A stretch of 64,000 nt of DNA. Source: Saccostrea echinata (lineage: Eukaryota). The notes under the pieces are model-generated. The model worked only from the letters and a program-made list of their open reading frames with translations. It was not told the origin of the DNA and made no database searches. The translations under genes were made by a program, and so were the position numbers. Within the stretch, counting starts at the first letter, position 1. Every line of letters starts with the position of its first letter. Location of the stretch: assembly GCF_033153115.1 (NCBI RefSeq), contig NW_026889778.1:5580001-5644000 (forward strand), given 5' to 3'. This document shows, in pieces, positions 21,999 through 33,892 of this stretch.

Positions 21999-23619
21999 AT
22001 GGCTACTCCAATCTCCTGGGCTCATGAAGTCATCAAATGTAATCTCTGTGATAAGGCTACCCAGCAATTCTGTAACAACTGTCAAGTAAGTTTATGCGTG
22101 AACTGCATCAATAAACATGTGGACAATTTCAACTCGCTTACTCATGAAATCGTTCCTTTCAAGAACAGAAAGAACCAGATAGTGTTTCCTGAGTGTGACT
22201 TTCAATCCGAACAGAGATGCGAAGCCCATTGCCAAAAGTGTGATGTGTCTGAGTGTATGGAGGGTGTCATCGATTCCCATAATGGACCCAAGTTGAAATA
22301 CATTCCCAAGATCTTCCTAGAAAAACGAAAGGAAATAGAGAAGGAAATCCATGAATTTGAATCCTACATTTTTCCTATGATCAAGAAGATAAAACTTTTC
22401 AAACCAACAGCCATATTTGAGGAAATGGAGCAACAGATAAAGGAGCACAGAAAATCCTGGCATGTTGAAGTAGACACCATCTTTGACAGACTTGGCACTT
22501 TGATCAAGTCCATGAAAGAAAATCATATGTCTGTCTTAAAATTACACCAGTCCAAGCTTATTAATCTGCCTCCAGATCTGATGCAAACAATCCAGCGAAA
22601 CAAAGAAATCTTAAAGTCCAACAAAGTGTCTGATATAACTAACTACAAATCCAAACTCACCGAATACAGAAACATTCATACAGACATAGATCAGGCAATT
22701 CCCTCTTTGAAAACTAACACAACCCAAGGGAGAGAACTTATTATAAAACTAGGAGAATACAAGGTTACATTGACACAGACGAAACTCTCACATCTGATAG
22801 AAGTATGCTTAGACAAATCCAGAGTTATTGCTACCATTCCTGCTGGATTTCAACCTTTATGGAGAGTTGCTTGTTTGGCAGAAGATAAAGGTTGGGTTAG
22901 CGGAGAAGACACAATCAGAAGATGTGTCGACATATACGGGTCTATTTATGATACAGTTACAATGTACTACCAAATGTCGATGTTGGTCAGATGATAGCAG
23001 AGGGACCGGACATGGAGAACTAATATATAGTGATGGTTACAATAGAACTGTGAATATCGTCAGACACGAAAGGACAGAAATAATGATCACCACACAAAAG
23101 GGCTGGCAAACAGAAGGGTTGTGTGGTACAAGATCAGGAGATGTATTGGTCAATCTGTATAATAAAGGTCGAAATAAAATCGTCCGCTATCAAGGGCAAA
23201 CAGTGAAGCTAGAAATGCATAAAGATAACAATAAAAAAGAAATCTTTAAAAATGGAAAATACATGCTGTATTTAGCCGAAAACAACAATGAAGACATTTG
23301 TGCCTCTGATCGTAATGCTGGCCTAGTGGTTGTTTTGAAAATGACGGGAAGAGTTCGATTCCGATACGACGGTACACCAGGCAGGGGAAAGAAGGCATTT
23401 GATCCTAGATATATAGTGATAGACTCCATGAGTCATATCATTGTGTCAGATTACAGCAATGACTGTCTACATATACTTGATCAAGACGGACATTTCCTGA
23501 GATGTGTGGATAATCTGGGACTAGAGAACCCCTGTGGACTGAGTATGGACAGTAAGGGGAGGCTGTGGGTAGGGGAAATAGATTCAGGAGATATTAAAGT
23601 CATACAGTACATGAAATAA
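21999..23619 (+). pseudogene. B-box/coiled-coil/NHL (RING-less TRIM-like) copy B, broken by one 7-bp insertion; 537 aa if restored
   Basis: ORF 21999..22994 has B-boxes (CNLC..FCNNCQVSLCVNCINKH..HEIV) and coiled coil; ORF 22828..23619 has NHL repeats (ENNNEDICASD, FDPRYIVIDSMSHIIVSDYSNDCLHILDQDGHFLR, PCGLSMDSKGRLWVGE); AATGTAC at 22961-22967 is absent in copies A and C. Confidence 0.85.
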
Positions 23620-23934
23620 ATGTAAAATGTTTTGTGGCCGCACCCTACAAATAATAATAAAACAAAAGCAGTGTTATTTGTTATACACCACTAATACAAG
23701 AAAAAAACAGCGGCGTAATCATTGACGGTGCATTGGCATTTTTGAAAGAAATCAATTAATCATGCATGCTGAGCATACCAAATGTATATCATGTGTTCTA
23801 GGGATTATACATGAACATACTTTCATGGTTTAAATTGATTATTGAAAGTTTTTATTTAGCTATTTCAGTTCAACTGGTCGCAAAAATGTGATTTAGTCTA
23901 CTATTGTACGTGCATGATAACTTGACTCTTTGAA

Positions 23935-24510
23935 TGTTTGTATGTGTCCAATTGAACTCGAAATAAGACACCTCATAGTTTAATACATCTCTTTTATATA
24001 TGGATATTTCGCTCGAAAAAGACATTGACGACAAAATTAGGACAAAACTTTATGATAAACGTTATTAGTTTACCTTTCCTTGTCAAAGTCCCTTTTTGTG
24101 TAACAATATACCATCTCACCTGCATATGGGGTTTACGTCTGTTCTATGTACTAACAATTCATAAACTGAGGTAGGCTACTGACTTTTGAGTTGAAGATAC
24201 AAAGATATGAACATATGGTCGTTACAATGACAATTGTGTATTCTGTATTGTGTAAAGTAAGGTCGTGACGTCTTTTAAATAAGTTGTTAGGCTATTATTT
24301 TCACAGTGAATTGTCTAAGGAATTTTCTTTTAATACGATCAAGACGAAGAACACGCGGCTGGTGTGACCGGTCGACGGGGGATGCTCACTCTTTCATGAA
24401 ATCTGCAGCTGATCCAACCTCTGTCTTTATAGGTCTGTCAACTCTGCTAACAATCTGTATTGTTTGATTGGGCCTTTGAGTATGTTTACTATTCGCTATC
24501 TTCAAATTTA
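23935..24510 (+). mobile_element. Penelope-like element 3' fragment (RT thumb + 3' UTR)
   Basis: ELEI, TKLYDKR, SPAYGVY remnants; 3' UTR GGTGTGACCGGTCGAC.GGGGATGCT.ACTC. Confidence 0.7.
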
Positions 24511-25624
24511 ATTACATTACTTTAACTGGTTAAAATTATTCTGCTCCACCATTAACGTAATTTTATTTAGATTATGATGATAAATATACGTTTATATCCT
24601 CAATGGAGATACAGAGACGCAATCTTTTCACAATGTGCAACGGTCACTCAGCAAGCACTTATTGTTATTACGTCCTAATTTTCAGAGATATATTTTGCTT
24701 CAGAAACATTGTGTTATACGATTTTTTCGAAATATCATTGGTATGGCTTTTTCAAAACTCGAAACTTTTCAAACATCAATAGCATAAAAATGTATATGAC
24801 TTTTTTTACGCTTTATATTTCTCATGATAAATTAAAGAGCATACTTTTTTCATAGACAACTACTTCCTCAATAAAAAAAAATGCAACTCATAAATGTTCA
24901 TTTCTTGTGAGTAGTCATCGACAAAATTACTTATCATTCTTGTTCAACATAAATGTACTCTGAAGTTGATATTAAAAAGATGCTGGAGTTCCTCATTGAC
25001 AATATATATGTAGTCTTTGGAGACCAAGTCTTCCAACACAATCTGTTGAAATTCCAATGGGCACTAATCGTGCTCTTTTATTAGCTTACCTGTTTTTTTT
25101 TTATATTCCTATGAAATGAATTTATTCAGAACCTTCTTCATGAGAAGAAGAAAACTCTTGTTATGACCTTCAACTCAACATTTACATATACCTACGGCGT
25201 TTTATCAATTTACATAAGTTACTTTATTCATATGTCGATCGACATATTCCAGTGAACTCAAAATAAAAGACACATCATATCCGGATGTTTTACTGACTAT
25301 AGATAATGACCTATTAATAACTAAACTGTATGAAAAGGGGATAAATTGAGTTTTTCAATCATCAACTTTCCCTATTTATATCGTAATATTTCAACATCAC
25401 CAACATATGGTGTTTATGTCTCCCAGCTGATTCGATACGCAAGATCATACTAGGAGTACAATCAATTTTTAAACCGGGGCGAGCTACTGACAAATAAGTC
25501 GATGTTACAAGGATTTCAACAAACCATTTAATGTAAGCTTGTTGCACATTCTACGGTAGTTATTTTGATTTTGTTTATAAATACAACCCATTGTTGTGTT
25601 GCAATTTGTTTGACATGTTATATA

Positions 25625-26694
25625 CGGGGGCTGTTCGGAAATTATTGAGATATTGTGTATATTCTTCTTTCTAATGAACGTTTTTCGGTGAAAATTTGCA
25701 TATACGTTTGACAAACTCTAAGAAGTAATAAAAACAAGAAATATTTTAAAAATATTTTATTTCATCTTTTCAATGGTATATTAATGTGTCAATGGTAGGG
25801 GTACCCGGCGCAGTCACGAAATCGGATATTGAAAATATGTAACACCAACGTAAAAACTCCCAATGGACTCATAGTAAGACCGAAAATAATTCAATTTATG
25901 TATATAATTTTTCAATTTAACTTTGACTTCATTTTGTGCAAGTTTGTTAGAATTTCGATCAGAAATACGGAGATCATTAAAAAATTTACGCGCGGTATAG
26001 CAATCTGATAACGACGACAAAACGGATTTTGACGTCAAGGCGGAGCAGCGATCATACCTAAAATTTTGTGTAGCGGTATTGAGAACTCTTGTCCAGACTA
26101 AACGACCTGCTAAAACAATACCAATGCAATAAAACATGTCTACGGGTTTATTTTCTCATTCGTATATATTATTTTCTTACAAATAATTCAACCAGAGTAA
26201 AAACAAAAGCTCCGGATGACCATCAATTATTACGGACTAAATAACGTTGACCCGCGTTGCATAACTCGAAACTGCATAATGCTAAGTCAACCTGTATTTG
26301 ACATTTTGTGTATATTTTACACTGGGGTAGCAACAGCACACGTTTTATTTTTTTAATTTTTTTTAAAAAATCGATTAAGAATTATAAGAAACAGTTTGAT
26401 TTTTGAAATGTTATATGTAATGACAGAGAAAGTAGATTGAACGCTTCCTGATCATTTCAGAATGAGAATATATCAGCTGACCTGACGTTAAAATGACGTA
26501 GCGATGCTGCTCCAGGTCAATAGACATATGCTTGTTTATGATTTCACCGGAACTTATTTAATTATCCAATAAATTAGAAATTTTGTACATTTGTTTTATT
26601 TGTTCTTTAAAAAACGTTGACTAATTTTTATGAATTTATCTCAGTCCTTTGTGGAGTAAAAGTATTTGTCTCAATAATTTTCGAACAGCCCTCG
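25625..26694. mobile_element. Non-autonomous mariner-type element
   Basis: 26-bp TIR CG(G/A)GGGCTGTTCG(G/A)AAATTATTGAGA flanked by TA at both ends. Confidence 0.88.
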
Positions 26695-26758
26695 TACAAT
26701 TTGTAGGGTCTCTGTTTTTGTATTAAAATTGACAAAGGAGTACTCTGTCCACCTGATT

Positions 26759-27195
26759 ATTACATAGGAGTCACGGCATTACATAGGAGTCAAGGCATTA
26801 CATAGGAGTCACGGCATTACATAGGAGTCACAGCATAAAATAGGAGTCACAGCATTACATAGGAGTCACGGCATAAAATAGGAGTCACGGCATTACATAG
26901 GAGTCACAGCATTACATAGGAGTCACGGCATTACATAGGAGTCACGGCATTACATAGGAGTCACAGCATTACATAGGAGTCACGGCATTAAATAGGAGAC
27001 ACAGCATTACATAGGAGTCACGGCATTACATAGGAGTCACAGCATTACATAGGAGTCACGGCATTACATAGGAGTCACGGCATTACATAGGAGACACAGC
27101 ATTACATAGGAGTCACGGCATTACATAGGAGTCACGGCATTACATAGGAGTCACGGCATTACATAGGAGTCACGGCATTACATAGGAGTCACGGC
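26759..27195 (+). repeat. 19-bp minisatellite, 23 copies (ATTACATAGGAGTCACGGC)
   Basis: 437 bp = 23 x 19, head to tail, few substitutions. Confidence 0.95.
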
Positions 27196-27240
27196 AGATG
27201 TCACCGGTCAAAAAGGATGCTTACTCCTTCTGGTCATCTT

Positions 27241-27462
27241 GCCCCTGGATTGATCAGGAAATAGACTTACACGTTAAGTCACAATTTCAATCACCTGAAA
27301 GATGTTTAATACTGTGAATTAAAAGTACACATCTGCACACATCAGCACTTTGAAAATACAATATTGAATAGCATTTTTATTTCGGATTGTTTGACTTTTA
27401 AATCATTTCAGCGCTATGTACAGATTTTGATTTAAGCTTAAGATGTTTCGTGACGCTGGGGC
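27241..27462. mobile_element. Short degenerate TIR insertion inside the PLE 3' UTR
   Basis: GCCCC...GGGGC ends; splits the motif GGCACCT|GATCCCACC seen intact in other copies. Confidence 0.5.
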
Positions 27463-28556
27463 TAATCTCACCACTGATGTTTCCAGGGGTCCGTGTTTTG
27501 CCCTGTTCACCATTCGTTTCGTCTACTGTATTCTATACATCAATGCTTGTAAAGTCAATTTCCTTTTGAAAAAATGTTCAATTTCTTGCAATTAAAGTGG
27601 CATTAAATCAATCAGTTAAAAATGTTCAGATGTATATGTTTAAGGAATTACATATACATATAACCCATCCTTTTGCGTAGATGATGTTTAGTGACTTCTT
27701 ACATAATTGTGATTTTGTTAAGTGAGACTGCAGTTTTAAAAAAAAGTTTGAGATCTCATGAACCCAAAATAATATGATTACCTCATTAAAAGTTTCTCAA
27801 CATAATATTTTAAGCTAAAAATCTCAACGATATTTATAAACTCTAAAAAAAAAAAATGTGTTTGACACATTCCATTTTGCAAGGTTGAAATTATAGGCAA
27901 AATAAGGGATTTTGTGATTAGAACAAATTTAGATCTAAAATGTGTCAGGCAGTTTTCGTGTTTTCCTGTCCAGTTCTTGAGATGATGTTTTAGACACTCG
28001 CTTTATTTTTGCCTTTTTCCTTATATCCCCTTTTAACAAGACCTGGCCATTAATTTGAACAATCTTGAATCCCCTTCAGCCAAAGATGCTTTGTAAGAAA
28101 TTCTGTTGCAGTTGGTTCAAAGTTGAGAATGTGAAAATTTAACAGATGGGAGGACAAGTGACGGACGATTGATGATCAAAAGAGCTCATTTGAACTTTTC
28201 AAGTGACTTTTTCATTTAAAATTACGCATTTGAAAAATGTAACCCTAGTGTTGTTCACATGGAAAATTTAATAATATTTAATTTTACCCAAAGAGAACTT
28301 TAAAATCAAAATTTTGTCGTCGACTAGAACAAAAGAAGCAAGTGCAAAGTTTATCGTTTTATATATACTCAAAGCAGACTGAAGTATTTAAAAAGCATTT
28401 GAATTAGCATCATATCAATACTGTAAATTTGTTGGACAGTATCTTTTGTGTGAAGACTTTTACAAGAAGAGAAAATTTTAGAAGACAAATTAATTAAAGA
28501 ATTTAAATGGACTTTTTTTAACCTAAATATTCCTTTGATTTGATCGCAGACTGTCT

Positions 28557-28854
28557 TTTGTTTGTATGTATGTTGTTTAACGTCCCTCTCGAGAATTTTT
28601 CACTCATATGCAGACTCCACCACTTACCGTTGGAGAGCTGCAAATTTTGTCCTATACTCGGCACTTACGGCCACTGAGCAGTGAGGGATCTTTTTCGTGC
28701 CAGCACCTACTGCGACACGGGACCTCGGTTTATACGGTCTCATCCGAAGGACCGGTCTCCACGTCCCACAGTGGGATTCGAACCCATGACGTAAGGATCA
28801 ACTCCTTACTTCGCGACTCTAGCGCAGACGCTCTAACCACTGCGCCACGCGGGC
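28557..28854 (-). mobile_element. Full-length tRNA(Ser)-like SINE
   Basis: Minus strand GCCCGCGTGGCGCAGTGGTTAGAGCG...GGTTCGAATCCC, long variable-arm hairpin GTAAGGA/TCCTTAC, same core and tail as the 14243 SINE; 14-bp TSD ATCGCAGAC(TG/AA)TCT at 28543-28556 and 28855-28868. Confidence 0.9.
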
Positions 28855-29844
28855 ATCGCAGACAATCTAACAAACGTTTTAAGTATGTAATCTTTCAAAT
28901 GAAAATGAAATACTTCTCTTCAAAATCTTTGAATTACAATATCTACTATGATTAAAATTTGGACTAAATTACCACTTTTATAAGATTACACTCTTAGATA
29001 CACCAATAAGGCGAAGAATTTGTTGAAGATTATTTGTTTATAACTTTAACACATTTAAAAGATTTAAAAGATGTGTTTTAAAGGTGGGTTATAATTCAAT
29101 TCTTCATTTGGTGTCATTTAAATTTCGTTTTTTAACTTAAGTACAATGTCTGCTCACGAGGGATGCCTATATAAAATTTATATCTTAATTCATTACATTT
29201 TGCATACCGGAAACGCTGATAAGAGACTATGAAGAATATAGACCAAGTTATTAAAAGTAGTAACTGACAGATTAATCTATAAGTGCGCCTTACTAGTATA
29301 AAAGCAAAATGCAGATCAATAATCGATATGATCTAGTTCATCTACTAAAGTCATAAATGCTAGTCTTCTCATCGAGAGTCTTTAAAAAATTTATTTAAAA
29401 GATTTATGACAGGTACTCACTACTCTAAGTGACATATGACTTGCTGACAACCAGGAAAAATCAAACTTAACCCAAGTAGTTTCTTGAGAAGTGATTATTG
29501 GGGTAGGACCAGGATTGAATATTCTGATACAAGCTGCCAACACAAGATGTCCGCGCTTTCGTTCTTGCATCTGGAAGTTTTAAATTATGCTTAATGAAAT
29601 ATATTTTCTGTTTTATAAAAAAAACTTTGGCCATAGCTAGCGCAATCACAAATTAAATAATCTTTTCTTAATATTTACTAGTATATTGACTTCATTTGTT
29701 ACAAGAATTATGTATGAAAATCGTCACCTTCATGATTATTCTTTATATATCATTTTAGCTGTATACTTTCAAAAAACAATTAAAACTACCATTTCTTATA
29801 TTGTCGAAAGTAAAACTGATGAAACAAGAAACCCAATCTCCTGA

Positions 29845-31411
29845 GCTACTCCCATCTCCTGGCCTCAGGAGGTCATCATGTGTATCTTTTGTGACAAACC
29901 CACCCAGCAATTCTGTAACAACTGTCAAGTCAGTTCATGCGTGAAAGGCATCAATCAACATGTGGGTCTACTCTCTTACTCATGAAATTGTTCCTTTCAA
30001 GAACAAAAAGAAACAGTTGGTGTTTCCTGAACGTGAATTTCGCTCCGATCAAAGAAGTGAGGCCCATTGCCAAGAGTGTGAAGTCCCTGTGTGTATGGAG
30101 TGTGTCATCGATTCCCATAATGGACACAAGTTGAAATACATACCCAACCCAAGAAAGGACATAGAAAAGGAAATCCATGAATTTGAATCCTTCATTACTC
30201 TTATGTTTAAGATAAAGCTTTCCAAACCAACAGCCATATTTGAGGAGATAGCAAACGAGATACAGGACCACATAAAATCCTGGCACGTTGAAGTAGACAC
30301 CATCTTTGACAGAAGAGAATCATCTGTCTGTCTCAAATTACACCAGACCAAGCTAATTAAACTGACTCCAGATCTGATCGAAAAAATTCAGCGAAACAAA
30401 GAAATCTTAAAGTCCAACAAAGTGTCTGATATAACTAACTACAAATCCAAACTCACTGAATACAGAAACATTCATGCAGACATAGATCAGACAATACCCT
30501 CTTTAAAAATTAACTCAACCCATGGAAAAGAACTTATTATAAAACTAGGAGAATACAAGGTTACATTGACACAAACGACGCTTTCACGTCTGATAGAACT
30601 GTCATTGGACAAACCCAGAGTTATTGCCACCATTCCGACTGGATTTCAAACTTTGTGGAAAGTTCCTTGTATGGTACCGGGTAAAGCTTGGGTTAGCGGA
30701 GAAGACACAATCAGAAGATATGTCGACATACACGGATCTTTTTATGATACAGTTTCTACCAAATGTCGATGTTGGCCAGATGATATCAGAGTGCTCGAAC
30801 ATGGAGAACCAATATATAGTGATGATAACAATTAATGGAACTGTGAATATCGTCAGACACGGGAGGACAGAAATAATGATCAACACACAAAAGGGCTAGC
30901 AATCAGAAGGGCTGTGTGGTACAAGATCAGGAGATGTATTCGTCAGTCTGTATAATGAAGGCCGAAATAAAATCGTCCGCTATCAAGGGCAAACAGTGAG
31001 GCTAGAAATATATAAAGATAACAATAAAAAAGAAATCTTTAAAAATGGTAAATATATGCTATATTTGGCCGAAAACAACAATGAAGACATTTGTGTATCT
31101 GATCGAAATGCTGGCCTAGTGGTTGTTTTGGATATGAGGGAAAGGGTTCGATTCCGATACGACGGTTCACCAGGCGCAGAGGGAAGAAGATATTTGATCC
31201 TAGATATATACTGACAGATCCCATAACTCATCATTGTGTCAGATACAGCAATGACTGTCTACATATATTTGATCAAGACGGACATTTCCTGAGATGTGTG
31301 GATGATCTGGGACTAGAGAACCCCTGTGGACTGAGAATGGACAGTGAGGACAGGCTGTGTGTAGGGGAAATAGATTCAGGAGATATTAAAGTCATACAGT
31401 ACATGAAGTGA
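29845..31411 (+). pseudogene. B-box/coiled-coil/NHL copy C (pseudogene)
   Basis: Colinear with copy B; start codon lost, deletions, frameshift near 30830, TGG changed to TAG at 30897-30899, further indels in the NHL region. Confidence 0.85.
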
Positions 31412-31495
31412 ATGTAAAATGTTTTGTGGACGCGTTCTAGAAAATAAATATAAATACACGATAATAAAACAAAAGCAATGGTATTTGTTGTACAC

Positions 31496-33065
31496 CACTG
31501 TTGCAACCACTATTGAAATAATGTTCACTATTGAAATAATTATTTCAGTAGTGGTTGAGAGTGCATTTCAAAACCATATACAGGTTGTAACCACTATTGA
31601 AATAACGTTCATTAGTGAAATAATTATTTCAATAGTGGGTGAACGTGCATTTCAAAACCAAACACAGGTTGCAACCACTATTGAAATAACGTTCACTATT
31701 GAAGCAATGATTTCAATAGAGGTTTTGAAACAGGCTGCAACCACTATTGAAATAATGTTCACTATTGAAAAAAAAGATTTCAATAGTGATTGAAATAAAG
31801 ATTTCAGTAGTGATTGAAATAATTATTTTAATAGTTGCTTGCAATGATTTCAATACCAAAACCACATTGCAAGCCTTACTGAAATAACCCCACTATTGAA
31901 AAAAATATAAGGATTAATTGTTCATTACGTTGTCCAACATAATATATAATATTTAATGAGTTTGATATATGACATGTAAAATTATGTATTTCTTTCTTTT
32001 CTATAAATTACCACTAATACACGGACATTTTTGATTTAACTGACGTACCTTAAATTCAAACAAAGCATGCAAATGTTACATGCAAGCTTCCGCTGAATCT
32101 GGCGAAAACTAATAGACAATCAATCAATATATGCATGTTTTAAGTAATTTTGGTAAATATTGTTCATCTTTGCCACTGATTTTAAATGAAAGGATCATAA
32201 ATGCACATAATTGTAGAAATTAGAATATCTACATTAAAAAGAAGAAGACTGACATCTATGTGCACAAACTTTCCGATGAAAATATGGTTATTTTAATAAA
32301 AAGAATATACAATAGAGGGAAATTCTCGAATATATTCATGGGCTTGCCTACACTACAAATATGGATAGTAAATCTAACGCCTACTCCTTAAGACATTAAA
32401 AAACAAAACTTAAAGGAAATTAGTATAAGCATTACATGTATTATAATAGTGGGTGTTATTTCAATAGGGGTCACACATATAAAACCGCTATTAAAATAAT
32501 GACTACTATTGAAATTATTTCATAAGTGATCGTTATTTCAATAGTGGTTGCATTAATACATGTACTGCCGAATTGAAATATCTAATATTGAAATTATTTT
32601 TTCAATAGTCACTATTTCAATAATGGTTGCAACAATGTACCCACTATTGAAAAAATGATCATTACTGAAATAATTATTTAATAGTTGATATTATTTCAAC
32701 AGCGGTTTTTAGTGTAACCATTATTGAAATAACAACCTATTGATTAAAAATAACCATATTTTCATCAGAAAGTTTGTATACATAGATGTAACATATATTT
32801 CTTCTTTCTTTTTTTAAATGTAGATATTCTAATTTCTAAAACTATCTGTTTTTATAAACTTTTACATTCCGCAATTAATAGCAATGATGAACCTTATATA
32901 ATAAAATTACTTAAAAATTACTAGATCACTTAAATCACAGATATAAGTATATTAATAGTATTTCTAGATAGAAATTAAAACATAAAATTACATATCATAT
33001 TTCAGACTCAATAAATTAATTCATTATGTTGGGAAACATAATGAAGAATTTATCTTTATATATTT
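31496..33065. mobile_element. Foldback-type element with (CACTATTGAAATAA) repeats, right end truncated
   Basis: Starts CACTGTTGCAACC in the 3' flank of copy C; repeat clusters at 31500-31900 and 32450-32740; 31905-32300 is a diverged inverted copy of 32745-33065. Confidence 0.65.
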
Positions 33066-33199
33066 TTATATTACTCTACATAGAAAATATGAAACTTGTT
33101 ATGAACAAAAAGTCCTCAACCAATTGTAAAATTCACGCATGTCACATGCATAGAGTCCAAGATTCTAACTCAAGGTTGGGTTAAACCATGAAGTAGGAA

Positions 33200-33695
33200 G
33201 AGAACGAACAGTAATCAAGGTAAAAAGTCAATCGAGACAATGCAGATTTGGAGCAGAGCAAACACGGGCCTCTAAAAACATCAGAGGTTGGATCAGGTGC
33301 CATGGAGGAGTAATCATCCCCTGTCACCTGGTCTCAGCCGCCGTGTGCTCCTTGTCATGATCAGGCAAACTGAAAAATCTGTAGACAATTCAGTGTGAGG
33401 ATAATAGCCTAACAATTTGTATGAAAAACGTCAGTCAACAAATTCGACTTTACGATAGATTGTATTTGCTGACAAGGTCTTTGTATCGACCATAGAATTT
33501 GCGAATTGATGACTTTAAACGAGACTGTTGATATTCTTGTTTCATCAACTTATTAGTCAAGAGATTGCCTCGTATTAGAAATTGTTCTTACGCAGAGCAT
33601 ACTCTTGTGTATCGAATCTATTGGGAGACGTAAACTCCATGTGCAGGTGATAATGGTAGAGTGCTAAATAAATAAGGGAAGTTGACGATAGAAAT
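33200..33695 (-). mobile_element. Penelope-like element 3' end
   Basis: Reverse complement gives IVNFPYL, SPAHGVY, RLKS..RKFYGRY and the shared 3' UTR. Confidence 0.8.
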
Positions 33696-33892
33696 ATCAG
33701 TCTAAAAACTAGAGAAGCTCAAATTCCACAGAAGGTCTTGATTCCTATATTCCTGTAATCCCAAGTGAAACTTTTACTCCTAAAGTGACCTCACCCTATA
33801 ACCCTACAGCTAAAATTCATCGTTTGAACGAATTTTAATTTATACGATATCAGACAGTTAAAAAATATTAAAATGACATAACCCTATTTTAA

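Larger units (their letters stand above)
24760..27530 (+). mobile_element. Penelope-like element relic carrying three later insertions or expansions
   Basis: HDKLKS, KKMLEFLIDNIYVVFGDQVFQ, YGVYVSQLIRYAR remnants 24760-25620; 3' UTR pieces at 26730-26760, 27196-27240 and 27463-27530. Confidence 0.75.

Noticed and set aside
26759-27195. CRISPR-like appearance of the 19-bp array (also the 27- and 44-bp arrays)
   Set aside because: Units are head to tail with no unique spacers, there are no cas genes, and the DNA is eukaryotic.
28608-28955. 115-aa ORF
   Set aside because: Antisense reading of a SINE.
31419-31793. 124-aa ORF with TTIEI repeats
   Set aside because: Translation of CACTATTGAAATAA repeats in a foldback element.
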